Shown: positions 53,097 to 64,000 of the stretch, in pieces | Layout: every line of letters starts with the position of its first letter | How positions within the stretch are numbered: position 1 is the first letter of the stretch | Source: Flaccisagitta enflata | Taxonomy: Eukaryota | Assembly: GCA_965153355.1 (NCBI GenBank) | Contig: OZ231126.1 | Location: 40,424,001 to 40,488,000 of the forward strand | Length of the DNA stretch: 64,000 bases | Direction: 5' to 3' | Program-made: the position numbers and the translations under genes | Notes under the pieces: generated by a model | The model's input: the letters and a program-made list of their open reading frames with translations, nothing else | Told to the model about the DNA's origin: nothing | Databases searched by the model: none

Positions 53097-53715
53097 TTCA
53101 CTTATTTTCTTTTATAAGAACTAAGTTTATAAGAACGTTAGGCTTCAAATTGTCAAAAATATAAGAACATGTTAAGAACATTGGAAGGCTTTATTTCCTC
53201 AAAGATTTAAGAATATTTTTTTCCTGGGTTTTTTCTTAATCAATTATTCTTTGTAAATAGACAGATTATCTTTTCTGTTCCGCAAATTATGTCTCAATTT
53301 TTGTAGAATATATCTTTCTACTACTTTCATTGATTTTAGTTCACTTAGAATGTTTAAACCTGCTGCTTTATTGCTTCATTAGCATTTTCCTTCATCTTCC
53401 CCTTAATGACAAACTTTAACTAATTAAGAATGTTCCTAATTGAAGGTTATACACTTTTTATTTTTTATAAGAACGTAGTTTATAAAAACGTCAAGGCTTG
53501 AAATTGCTCTAAAATTAAGAACATTGTAGTTATTTTATTAGTAGCTATCTCTATCTCTTTTGAAGGCTTCAGCCAAAAAATGATGTTTTTATAAAAAAAA
53601 GTGTAATGTGCATTTTAATTAAGAACAATTTAAGAACGTTTAAGCCTTGAAACTGCTAAAAATTTAAAAACCATGAAGGCTTGCTCAAAAAAGGCTATAA
53701 AAAAAAAAAGTGTAG
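53097..53715. repeat. AT-rich MITE-like elements built on ataagaac repeats (nested pair)
   Basis: tacacttttt..aaaaagtgta inverted ends (53450-53605) within a similar outer element. Confidence 0.5.
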
Positions 53716-53834
53716 CACAAGTATTAGGAAGATCATATTTTTTCCAGAAAATCCTTGAAATATTTCAGCAAAAAACTGCTAACTCTTAATCTTATCTTCC
53801 AGGAGCTTCTTTCTGAACTTAACTAGCTTGTCTA

Positions 53835-54134
53835 GTTTTTAGTCGCGACTCTATGTCCGTCGGTTGGTCCGTCCGTCGGTCGTTTGGTCCGTCTGTTGGT
53901 CTGTCACGCTTAGTTTTAGTTAGCTTTTTTTTCTTTTTTTATGTTATTTTAAGTTATCTTAAGTCACATTATGTTATTTCAAGACAATTTGCTTTTAGTA
54001 TTTTAGTCTTTAGGTCTTTTAGTCAATAAGTCTTTTAGTCTTTTAGTCTTTTAGTCTTTTAGTCTTTTGGTCTTTTGGTCTTTTGGTCTTATGGTCTTAA
54101 CAACCGCACGCGACTGTAAGGTGTTGGCCTTGTT
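53835..54134 (+). mobile_element. HINE-like copy with central (gtctttta)n array
   Basis: tttttagtcgcgactcta, (GTCC)n, 8-bp repeats, 3' gcacgcgactgtaaggtgttggccttgtt. Confidence 0.75.
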
Positions 54135-54271
54135 GCATGCAGGGTGGCAGAAACAGGGGCACGCGGGGCAGGTCGTGCCTCGGACCTATAGATAAAAAGT
54201 TGGACTTATAGATTTGAGGGAGGCTGAAAGATGAGGGAGAAGAAAAAGAAAGCGGAAGAGAGAAAGAGAAA

Positions 54272-54335
<64 letters not shown>

Positions 54336-54666
54336 AAAAAATGAAAAAAAGAAAATGAAATAAAGAGAAAGACAGAATGAGAAAAAAGCTGAAGGGTAAA
54401 AACAATATTTTTAGGTGCGCAAAAGCTGAAGCTGTGTTCTTTGGTCAGTCCGTTGGTTGATTGGTTGGTTATTTGTCAGTAACACAAATGTTTGATGAAC
54501 CACATGGCGCAGCTACTTTGTCTATTTGCAGGGGTAGGAAAGCTCGCCTTCTCTTAATTTTTTTTAGAAATCATAAAAAATATAAAAAAAAATCTAAAAA
54601 GGATTAAAAGATTATCTGCAGAAATATTGCAACCTCCTGTGACCAATTACATTGCAGCCTACTTAA

Positions 54667-54708
<42 letters not shown>

Positions 54709-54794
54709 GTTCAGAAGTAGTCACGCGCGGCTCCCAGTGGCTAGCGATAGTATAACCTATACATTTGCGCGGCAATCATGCATTGTGGCAAAAA

Positions 54795-55835
54795 AATCTG
54801 CAACATGTTAGCAAAAAGTCAGCATTAAATTACTGCAATTTAATCCTGCAGTAAAATCTGCACAAAACTACTGCATTGGAATCCTGCAGTAAAGCCTGCA
54901 GAAAACAACTGCACAAAAATCCTGCAGTGAAGCCTGCACTAAACTACTGCACTAAAGGTCTGCAATAAAACCCACACAAAATTACTGCATTAGAATCCTG
55001 CAGTAAAGCCAGCAGAAAACTACTGCTTAAGAATCCTGCAGTGAAGCCTGCATTAGAATCCTGCAGTGAAGCCTGCATTAAACTACTGCATTAAAATCCC
55101 CCTTTTAAACCCCTGCCTTAAAGCCCCTACCAATCTAAATACCCTATGGTTAAAAAATTCTCCTTCATTTTCTTTCTACTCTCATTTTCTCTTTATAGTA
55201 TTATGCAGATATCTATGCAGAACATTATGCAAATTTTGATGCAGCATTTTATTCAGTCTGCAATAAAGCCTGCATTACCCTACTGCATTAATATCCTGCA
55301 ATACAACCTGCATTAAAGTACTGCATTAAAATCCCCCTTTTAAACCCCTGCCTTAGAGCCCCTACCAATCTAAATACCCTATGGTTCAAAAATTCTCCTT
55401 CATTTTCTTTCCTACTATCTACTCTCATTTTCCCTATATAGTTTTATGCAGATTGCTATGCAAAACATCATGCAAATTTTATTGCAGCATGTTATTGTGT
55501 CTGCAATAAAGCCTGCATTACTTTACTGCATTAAAATCCTGCTATAAAATCTGCACTAAAGTACTGAATTAGAATTCTGCTATAAAGCCTGCACAAAACT
55601 ACTGCATTAGAATCCTGCAGTAAAGCCAGCAGAAAACTACTGCATTAGAATCCTGCAGTGAATCCTGCATTAGAATCCTGCAGTGAAGCCTGCATTAAAC
55701 TACTGCATTAAAATCCCCCTTTTAAACCCCTGCCTTAAAGCCCCTACAAATCTAAATACCCTATGGTTAAAAAATTCTCTTTCATTTTCTTTCTACCTTT
55801 CTACTCTCATTTTCCCTATATAGTATTATGCAGAT
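54795..55835. repeat. Hierarchical tandem repeat (ctgca-centred 12-13-bp subunits with three longer blocks)
   Basis: Block aaaatcccccttttaaacccctgcctta.agcccctac recurs at about 55093, 55328 and 55710. Confidence 0.85.
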
Positions 55836-56200
55836 ACAGTACCTTCCGAGCAAACCCGGCTAAAACTGGAGGATTAATTTTTGTTACTTTAATTTCATTT
55901 CATTTATTTTTGCCTCCAAATTTTTGGCTATTACAGCCTTCGACGGGGAGAATGACCTGATGTAACATAACAAAATATTTCAAGGCTAGTAAAAACATTT
56001 CAAATGAGCATCATATCGACTATTTCTTCTTCTTTTCCTTCTTTTTTGCACCTTTTTTGTTTTCCCAATCACTTGGTCTTTTTTGCCGCTCTTTGAAAAA
56101 TTGTCTTTCCACCAAAAACAGAGTAAAGATCAAAACTAACCCCATTTTCTTCCGCCTGCCCTCTTTCTACACCCGGGTGTTGTTTCTTAGAGTATATATA

Positions 56201-57930
56201 AAACAAGGCCAACACCTATAAGTCGCGTGCGATACTTCTTTACATAATCGCCTAATTATATAAGTACATTATTTCCTGTGATGACAATAAAGACTATAAT
56301 TACCTGCTGACCTTTAATTACCTATAATTACCTATAATTACCTATAATTATTACCCATAATCAAATAATGACCTATAAGTACCTATGATTACATATGGAC
56401 CAATGATTACCAATAATAATGTATGATTACCCATAATTACCCACAAAAACTTATAATAACATAATGACCTATAATTACCTATAATGACCTATGATCACCT
56501 ATAATTACCTATAATTACTCATAATTAAATAATGACCTACAAATACCTAAAAAGACCTATGATTACCTATGATTACCCATACCTACCTTTACATAATGAC
56601 CTATAATGACCTATGATTACCTATAATTACCTATAATTGGATAATGACCTATAATTACCTATAATTACCTATGATTAGCTAAAATTACCAATAATTGAAT
56701 AATGACCTATAATTACCTATAATTGTTAATTGATGTATAATTACCTATAATGACCTATAATACCCTATAATTACCTATAATTACATAATGACCTGTAATT
56801 ACCTTTAATAACCTTTGATTACCAATAATTACCTTTGATTTCATAATGACCTATTATTACCTATAACTATCTATAATGACCTATAATTACCTATAATTAC
56901 ATAATGACCTAGAATTACCTATAATGATCTATTATTACCTTTTATAAGCTATAATTTTCTAAAATTACATAATGACCTAAAATTACCAATAATGACCTAT
57001 AATTGCATTATGACCTGTAATGACCTATAATTACCTCTTATGACCTATAATTACCTATAATTACATAATGACCTATAATTACCTGTAATTACCTATAATT
57101 ACCTATAATTACCTATTATGTCCTATAATTACCTATAATTACCTATAATTACCTATAATTACCTATGATTACATACTGACATATTATTACCAATAATGAC
57201 CTATAATTGCATAATAACCTATAATTACCTTTAATGACCTATAATTACCTATAATTACATAATGACCTATAATTACCTACAATGACCTATGATTACCTAT
57301 AATGACCTATGATTACCCAAAATTTCATAATGACCTATAATTACCTATAATTAAATAAATAAAAAGTGAAATCACTACATTGACTAAAATGACTAAAATG
57401 ACTGAAAATGACTTAGAATGACTTAGAATGACTAAAAATGACCTAAGATGACTTAGAATGACGTATAATGACATAAAGTGACTTAAAATGACTTAAAATG
57501 ACTTAAAATGACTTAAAATGACTTAAAATAACATCAAATGATGAAAAGGATTATAGTGACTAAAATGACAATAATGACTTAAAATGACTTGGAATGAATT
57601 AAAATGCCTTAAAATCACTTGAAATGACTTAGAATCACTTGAAATGACTTAAAACAACTTGAAATGACTTAGCATGACTGAAAACTATGAAAAGGACTAT
57701 ATTGAATGAAATGACAATAATGACTTAGAATAACTTAAAATGACTTAAAATGACTAAGAATGACTTAGAATGACTTAGAATAACTTAGAATGACTTAGAA
57801 TGAATAAAAATGACTTAAGGAAATAAAATTGATAAAAAAAGTAAAGTGTGACCAACCAACCGACCGACCGACCGACCAACCGACCGACGGACAAAGCGGG
57901 TTGTAGAGTCGCGTGCACGCGACTAAAAAA
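56201..57930 (-). mobile_element. HINE-like element inflated to about 1.7 kb by internal minisatellites
   Basis: 3' terminus aacaaggccaacacctataagtcgcgtgc at 56201; 5' terminus gtcgcgtgcacgcgactaaaaa near 57925. Inside: 11-bp (acctataatta)n array at ~56300-57355 and 10-bp (aatgacttaa)n array at ~57380-57820. Confidence 0.85.
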
Positions 57931-57949
57931 ACCCAGGGTATCCAGAGGT

Positions 57950-58443
57950 CTATCTTCTTTTGTTTTCCCCCTCAAAAGTCCCCATTCGGTTTATCCACCA
58001 TCGCTCTCGAGCCACTTGGTCGACGTCATCATTTCCTGGGACATGCTCCAATACAACCACACCCATGTCTTCCTCTGTGTGTCCATCTTTTTTGAAATGA
58101 TACGCCGGCTTCGCCTCATCCCCCGATCTTAAATCTGCTCGATGTCGATTGAATCTCTCCATAATCTTGTTTTTGGTTTTTCCCACATAAACCACTTTTT
58201 GGCACTTCTGGCAGTGCATCCCGTAGATGGCCCCTGATTGTTCGGCAGTCCATTCTCTCCTCAATCCTCATCTCTTTCCCATCTTTGTCCTTCACAATCT
58301 CAGTCTTTTGCATGTGCTTGCACAACTTGCATCCTTTCCCGCAGGGTTCTGATCCACCTTCTTTGCTCTTTGCTTTTGCGTTGACCACCAGATCTCCCAA
58401 GTTTTTCCCCCTTCTCAAACTTAGCCTTGGCAGGTCCTTGACT
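57950..58443 (-). mobile_element. Penelope-like retroelement 3' fragment (linker, Cys-rich motif, GIY-YIG endonuclease), frameshifted
   Basis: PRLSLRRGKNLGDLVV..PCGKGCKLCKHM..MDCRT, then after a frameshift GAIYGMHCQKCQKVVYVGKT..ERFNRHR..AYHF..VLE..RERWWI. This is the typical PLE endonuclease architecture. Confidence 0.88.
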
Positions 58444-58444
58444 T

Positions 58445-59012
58445 ATGCCTCAAGCCCGTCCTCTTCCTTGATGATGACGATGATTGCGATGACGGCAACG
58501 ACGAAAGCGAAGACGACGACGACGGCGACAACGACGACGGCGACGACGACGATGGCGTCGATGACGACGGCGACGACAAATCCAACTCTCAAGAAATGTC
58601 ACCAACGACTTTGAGCAAAGAGCCCACAAGCAGCCACGTTGCGGTCTCTCCTTCTTTGGAAATTCACGAACACGAGACTTTCATGACGCAAAAAGGCGAC
58701 GGCACACCAATGCATTTTGATTTCTCCGAGTCGAAGATACAAGAATGGTTTAACAAACTCATCCAAGCTGAAAAAGAACGCACAAAAGAAAGAGAAATTG
58801 AAAAACAAGAACGACAAATTGAGAGACAAGAATGAGAAAAAGAAAGACAAGAACGAGAAGTTGAAAGACAGGAGAGAGAAAAAGAAAGACAAGAAAGAGA
58901 AAAAGAGAGACAAGAAAGAGAAAAAGAAAGACAGGAGTATCGCAAAGAACAACAACAAAGAGAAAAAGAAAACCGCCAAAAAGACCAACGCATTTCAAAT
59001 CCAATTAAATAA
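58445..59012 (+). pseudogene. Degenerate acidic plus coiled-coil ORF (possible retroelement ORF1/gag-like remnant)
   Basis: An Asp-rich tract is in frame with MSPTT..FSESKIQEWFNKLIQAEKERTKER and a (QEREKER)n 21-bp repeat. One TGA at 58833 sits where sister repeat units have CGA/AGA. Confidence 0.4.
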
Positions 59013-59064
59013 ATAGGAAAGATAATAGAATTGACCTGACTCCTTATTGTATAACTTTATTGGC

Positions 59065-60227
59065 TTAAACCAGACTTAGACCAGACTTAAGACCAGACTT
59101 AGACCAGACTTAGACCAGACTTTAGACCATTTGAGACTGCAATTTAGACTTAGACCAGACTTAGACTAAGACTTAGACCAGACTTAGACCAGACTTAGAC
59201 CAGACTAGACCAGACTTAGACCAGACTAGACTCCAGACTCTAGACCAGACTTTAGATCTGGGACTGTGACCAGACTTAGACCCAGACTTAAACCAGATTT
59301 AAACCAGACTTAAACCAGACTAAAACCAGACTTGGACCAAACTTGGACCAGACTTGGACCAGACTTGGACCAGACTTGGACCAGACTTGGACCAGACTTA
59401 AACCAGACTTGGAACAGACTTGGACCAGACTTGGACCAGACTTGGACCAGACTTGGACCAGACTTGGACCAGACATGGACCAGACTTAGACCAGACTTGG
59501 ACCAGACTTGGAACAGACTTGGAACAGACTTGGACCAGACTTGGACCAGACTTGGACCAGACTTTGACCAGACATGGACCAGACTTAGACCAGACTTCTG
59601 ACCAGACTTGGACCAGACTTGGACCAGACATGGACCAGACTTAGACCAGACTTGGACCAGACTTGGACCAGACTTGGACCAGACTTGGACCAGACTTGGA
59701 CCAGACTTGGGCCAGACTTAGACCAGACTATGTGACCATGACTTGGACCAGACTCTGACCAGACTTGACCAGACTTGGACCAGACTTGGACTAGACTTGA
59801 CCAGACTCTGACCAGACTTGGACCAGATTCTGACTCAGACTTGGACCAGACTTAGACCAGACATGGACCAGACTTACCCCAGTCTTAGACCAGACTTAGA
59901 CCAGACTTAGACCAGACTTAGACTAGACCAAAATGACCCAAATGTCCCAAATAGCTAAAGATGACTTTCAAAACTACTTTAAATAAAAACAGACACATAT
60001 GGCTTAATTAAAGAAAGTGACTTAAATGATCAAAAAAGACCAAAAATGACTAAAGCAACAAAAAATTACCAAAAACAACAAAAAAATGACTCAAAATAAC
60101 TCCAGATAACCCAAAATGACCAAAAACGATGCAAAAAAGCTAAGTGTTACGGACCGACCGACCGACAGACCGACCGACCGACGGACCGACGGAGCGGGTT
60201 GTAGAGTTGCGTGCACGCGACTAAAAA
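59065..60227 (-). mobile_element. HINE-like 5' end followed by an 11-bp (accagacttgg)n minisatellite; 3' terminus not seen
   Basis: gcgtgcacgcgactaaaa near 60210-60227 and (GACC)n; array at 59065-59930. Confidence 0.75.
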
Positions 60228-60379
60228 GAAAAAAATGCAGACAAGAAACGGGCATCCTGTTGAAGGACGGAGAGGGCGGCCCAAGGTTATTCATTAATTT
60301 ATACCTTCTCAAAGTCAGTTTCTGATCTCAAGCCCTGATCTTTGCACTTTTGGTGTGGGGCATTTTCCTTGGAAAAAGT

Positions 60380-60486
<107 letters not shown>

Positions 60487-60681
60487 CAGACAGACAGACA
60501 TAAAGACATAAAGACAGACAGAGAGACCGACAGACAAAAAGACAAAAAGATAGAAAGACAGAAATACAGACAGAGAGACAGACAGACAGACAGACAGACA
60601 GGCAGACGGACAGGATGAAATTATTCTCGTGCCAGAATAGTGTTGGCCAAACCAAGAGATTAATCAGGTAAATTAAGAGAG

Positions 60682-60976
60682 AGGGCACGCCTTAAATACA
60701 GCTTGCCTTAATCAAGGCACACCTTGATTACAGCTTGCCTTAATTAAGGCACACCTCGATCACAGCTTGCCTTGATCATGGCATGCCTTTATCATAACAT
60801 GCCTTGATTATGCCATGCCCTCAAAAGAGCACACCTTAATTTTGACCTTCCTTGGTCATGGCACGCCTTGATTGCAGCTTGCCTTGATTACGGCTTGCCT
60901 CATAATGGCGCACCTTGATCATGGCAAGTCTTGTTCATAGCCTGCCTTGATGCTGACACGCCTTGATTATGGCACT
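60682..60976. repeat. Diverged minisatellite (ggcacgccttgattacagcttgcct-type)
   Basis: gccttgat/gccttaat recurs at 15-16-bp spacing. Confidence 0.75.
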
Positions 60977-62252
60977 GTTTAACCTCAACTTTTCAACATT
61001 CCAGGCCATCAAAGAAAGGTGACCTCAATTCCTGAAACGACCTTGTCAAGGAATTTTGAATGTAAGGAAAAAAATCCAATCAAATTAGATAAAAGAATAA
61101 AAAGAAAAAAAAAGAACTTTTCTAATTTTACTTTAATTGGAAATGGAAGACAGGCGGAAATTATCGCGTGTGATCTGCTGGGTGCCCACATGCAAAAACA
61201 TTACCTTCAACAATACCCATCATTCATTGGGTAACCTAAAAATGTTTTCTTACGCGCCTTGCCTTTATGAAGCTTTCATTACAGTATATAATCGAATCAG
61301 ACTGCCAATAAGTTACTGATTTTTATTTTTAGTCCTGGACACGCGACAATACACTTTGCCGTGTCTGTCGGTCGGTCGGTCGGTCCGTCCGAAACATTTT
61401 TGAAATGCGAGTGACTTTTCATCACTGCCCTTCCCCCAACCGTCCGCGACTGGATTGCCGTGTAACTGCCTTGTTCAAATTTAAGGTACATTTGGCTGGA
61501 TAAGTGATCACTGATTTGGCAATGGAAGAAAAAATGATAGCCCGATAGTCACCATTATTCTAGTCGAGTATGACCGATTGAGGGACCAACGAACCCTCTT
61601 ATACTTTATTTCACTAGTTTATGAGTATCTTTCGGTTTTTCCGTAGTTTTATCTTCTATCTTTTTTTCTTCTATCTTTTTTTCTATTTCTCTCACAATAT
61701 TCAATCCCAGTCCAACTTTCCCATAAATTCAATTTCAGTTCCCATATCTTCCAGTTAGCCCATGAGGTATATTTTTCGGTTCATTCATTCTCGGTTCATT
61801 CATTCTATCGTTGCTTTGCCTTTTTGTCCCAGAGGCATCGTTTCTGCAGTGGAAATGCATTCCAACGCTTTTCCACGAAAAACTTTCTTTCCTTTCTCTC
61901 TCATTTTCTTTTTCTTTTTTTTCTCTTTTTTTGAAAAGGAGAAACAAACAAAAAGAAAAATGAGAAAAGAGAAAAAGCGATTGGAGTGCCTTTGGCTTTA
62001 GGTTCACACCACTTCTTAACCATTGCTGAGTTCTGTTCTTTTTCATTTTGTACGGTTTCTCTTCTGACTGTGTTTCTTATCTTACTATATGCGTGTCTGG
62101 GTGTTGATTGCGATTGTCTATCTGGCTTTCCTAGTGTAAAATTGTTTGTATGCCTTATCTTTTGTTTCAGCAATCAGTTTTTCGTAAGGTTATTATAATG
62201 TTTTTGGTCGGAGTGCTGTCTCTGTGTGTACAAATACGAAATACTGGTGTGG

Positions 62253-62470
62253 TTTTTAGTCGCGTGCTACGCGACTCTACACCCCGCTTTGTCGGTCCGT
62301 CCGTTGGGCCGTCCGTCGGTCCGTCCATCGGTCCGTCCGTCACACATTACTTTTTTTGGGTTTTTGGGATTTTTGGCTTCACTGCTCCTGCCTAAATGAT
62401 CTGGTGACCTCAATTACGGCCCCTGCCCACCCACACGCGACTGGGGTAGCCGTGTATCCGGCCTTGTTTT
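62253..62470 (+). mobile_element. DINE-1/HINE-like non-autonomous Helentron element, family 1, full-length reference copy
   Basis: T-tract, subTIR AGTCGCGTG (62258) with adjacent inverted CGCGACT, (GTCC)n microsatellite, 3' subTIR CACGCGACT (62434), stem-loop GCCG-tgtatc-CGGC, ends TTGTT. No TSD. Confidence 0.8.
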
Positions 62471-62863
62471 CGTCTGTCTGTGTATTTTTGTTTCTCTGTC
62501 TGTCTGTGTGCATGTTTGTTTGTTTTTTTGTTTGTTTGTTTGTTTGTTTGTTTTATGTATAAATGTATGTATGTATGTATGTATGTATGTATGTATGTAT
62601 GTATGTATGTATGTATGTATGTATGTATGTATGTATGTATGTATGTATGTGTGTACGTGCTGTTTGTTCGTTTGTTTGCTTTTGTGTTTCTATCTGTCTG
62701 TCGGTCTGTCTGTTCGTCTGTTCGTCTGTCTGTCTGTTCTGCCTTCGTTCCGTTCCGTCTGCCTGTCTGCCCGTCTGTCTGTCTGTCTGTCTGCTCGTCT
62801 GTCTGTATGTCTGTTTGTCTGGCTCTCCTTCTCTGTCTGTCTCTGTCTGTCTTTCTATCTGTT

Positions 62864-62899
<36 letters not shown>

Positions 62900-62988
62900 C
62901 AGTGTCAGGCTCGTTCCTGGGATGTTACTCATGATTCAACCCAGGCCGGTGAACGACCTTGAAAGCCGATAACGAGACTTTTTAAAGC

Positions 62989-63059
<71 letters not shown>

Positions 63060-63083
63060 AGAAAAGGGAAAAAAAGAAAAGAG

Positions 63084-63165
<82 letters not shown>

Positions 63166-63209
63166 AAGAGAGATGAAGACATCAGATATATAGTATATAT
63201 ATATAATAG

Positions 63210-63581
<372 letters not shown>

Positions 63582-63761
63582 TGATGATGACAGAGGCAGG
63601 TTTGCAGAGTAAAACTATGAACGTACGGCGTGAAAAATAGATAACACTTTCCAAAGGAATTTTTTTTTGTTTACCCTACCTCAGAAACTCCGTTATGAAG
63701 GTGAACGCAAGAGGAAATTTGTTTTATCTGTTTGGAGGTGGAAATGACAGGCGTGGAGAGA

Positions 63762-63875
<114 letters not shown>

Positions 63876-64000
63876 GAGTATTATAGACACACAGACAGCT
63901 AGACAAAGAGAATGAGATTCCATCAAAAAGACAGGCAGATTATCAGACAGATAGACAGACAGACAGACAGACATACGATAAAGAGACAGGGATAGACACT

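Noticed and set aside
59288-59644. Repetitive ORFs (DQTWTRLGPDL)n
   Set aside because: Translation of an 11-bp minisatellite.
62253-62470. Interpreting the abundant ~200-bp repeat as a tRNA-derived SINE
   Set aside because: No recognisable A/B boxes, poly-A tail or TSD; the subTIR, microsatellite and hairpin layout fits DINE-1/HINE.

Overview
Eukaryotic (invertebrate, most likely arthropod) genomic DNA: AT-rich, full of microsatellites ((AG)n, (CA)n, (AAC)n, (ATC)n) and non-autonomous transposons. Most listed ORFs are microsatellite artefacts. Coding content I can support: (1) a minus-strand, multi-exon class A neuropeptide GPCR of the CCHamide/bombesin/endothelin receptor family. I reconstructed it by hand from seven phase-compatible GT-AG exons (TM3-TM7, 22086-28336). 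Its TM2 exon end is tandemly amplified at 29400-29715, and I could not find the N-terminus/TM1 in the window. (2) An F-box protein gene with an intronless CDS (15068-16300, minus). (3) A 5'-truncated, frameshifted APE-RT LINE with a 10-bp target-site duplication (TSD) at 46220-49366. (4) A Penelope-like GIY-YIG endonuclease fragment (57950-58443). (5) Weaker candidates: a spliced pseudogene-like fragment (35446-36414) and a candidate first exon (37184). The repeat landscape is dominated by several DINE-1/Helentron-associated (HINE-like) families, some carrying expanded minisatellites, plus TA-flanked MITEs. A CACGTG E-box cluster with an Inr-like motif at 32.1-33.3 kb looks like a promoter. 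No rRNA, tRNA or CRISPR array was seen. All family assignments come from motif recognition, not database searches.
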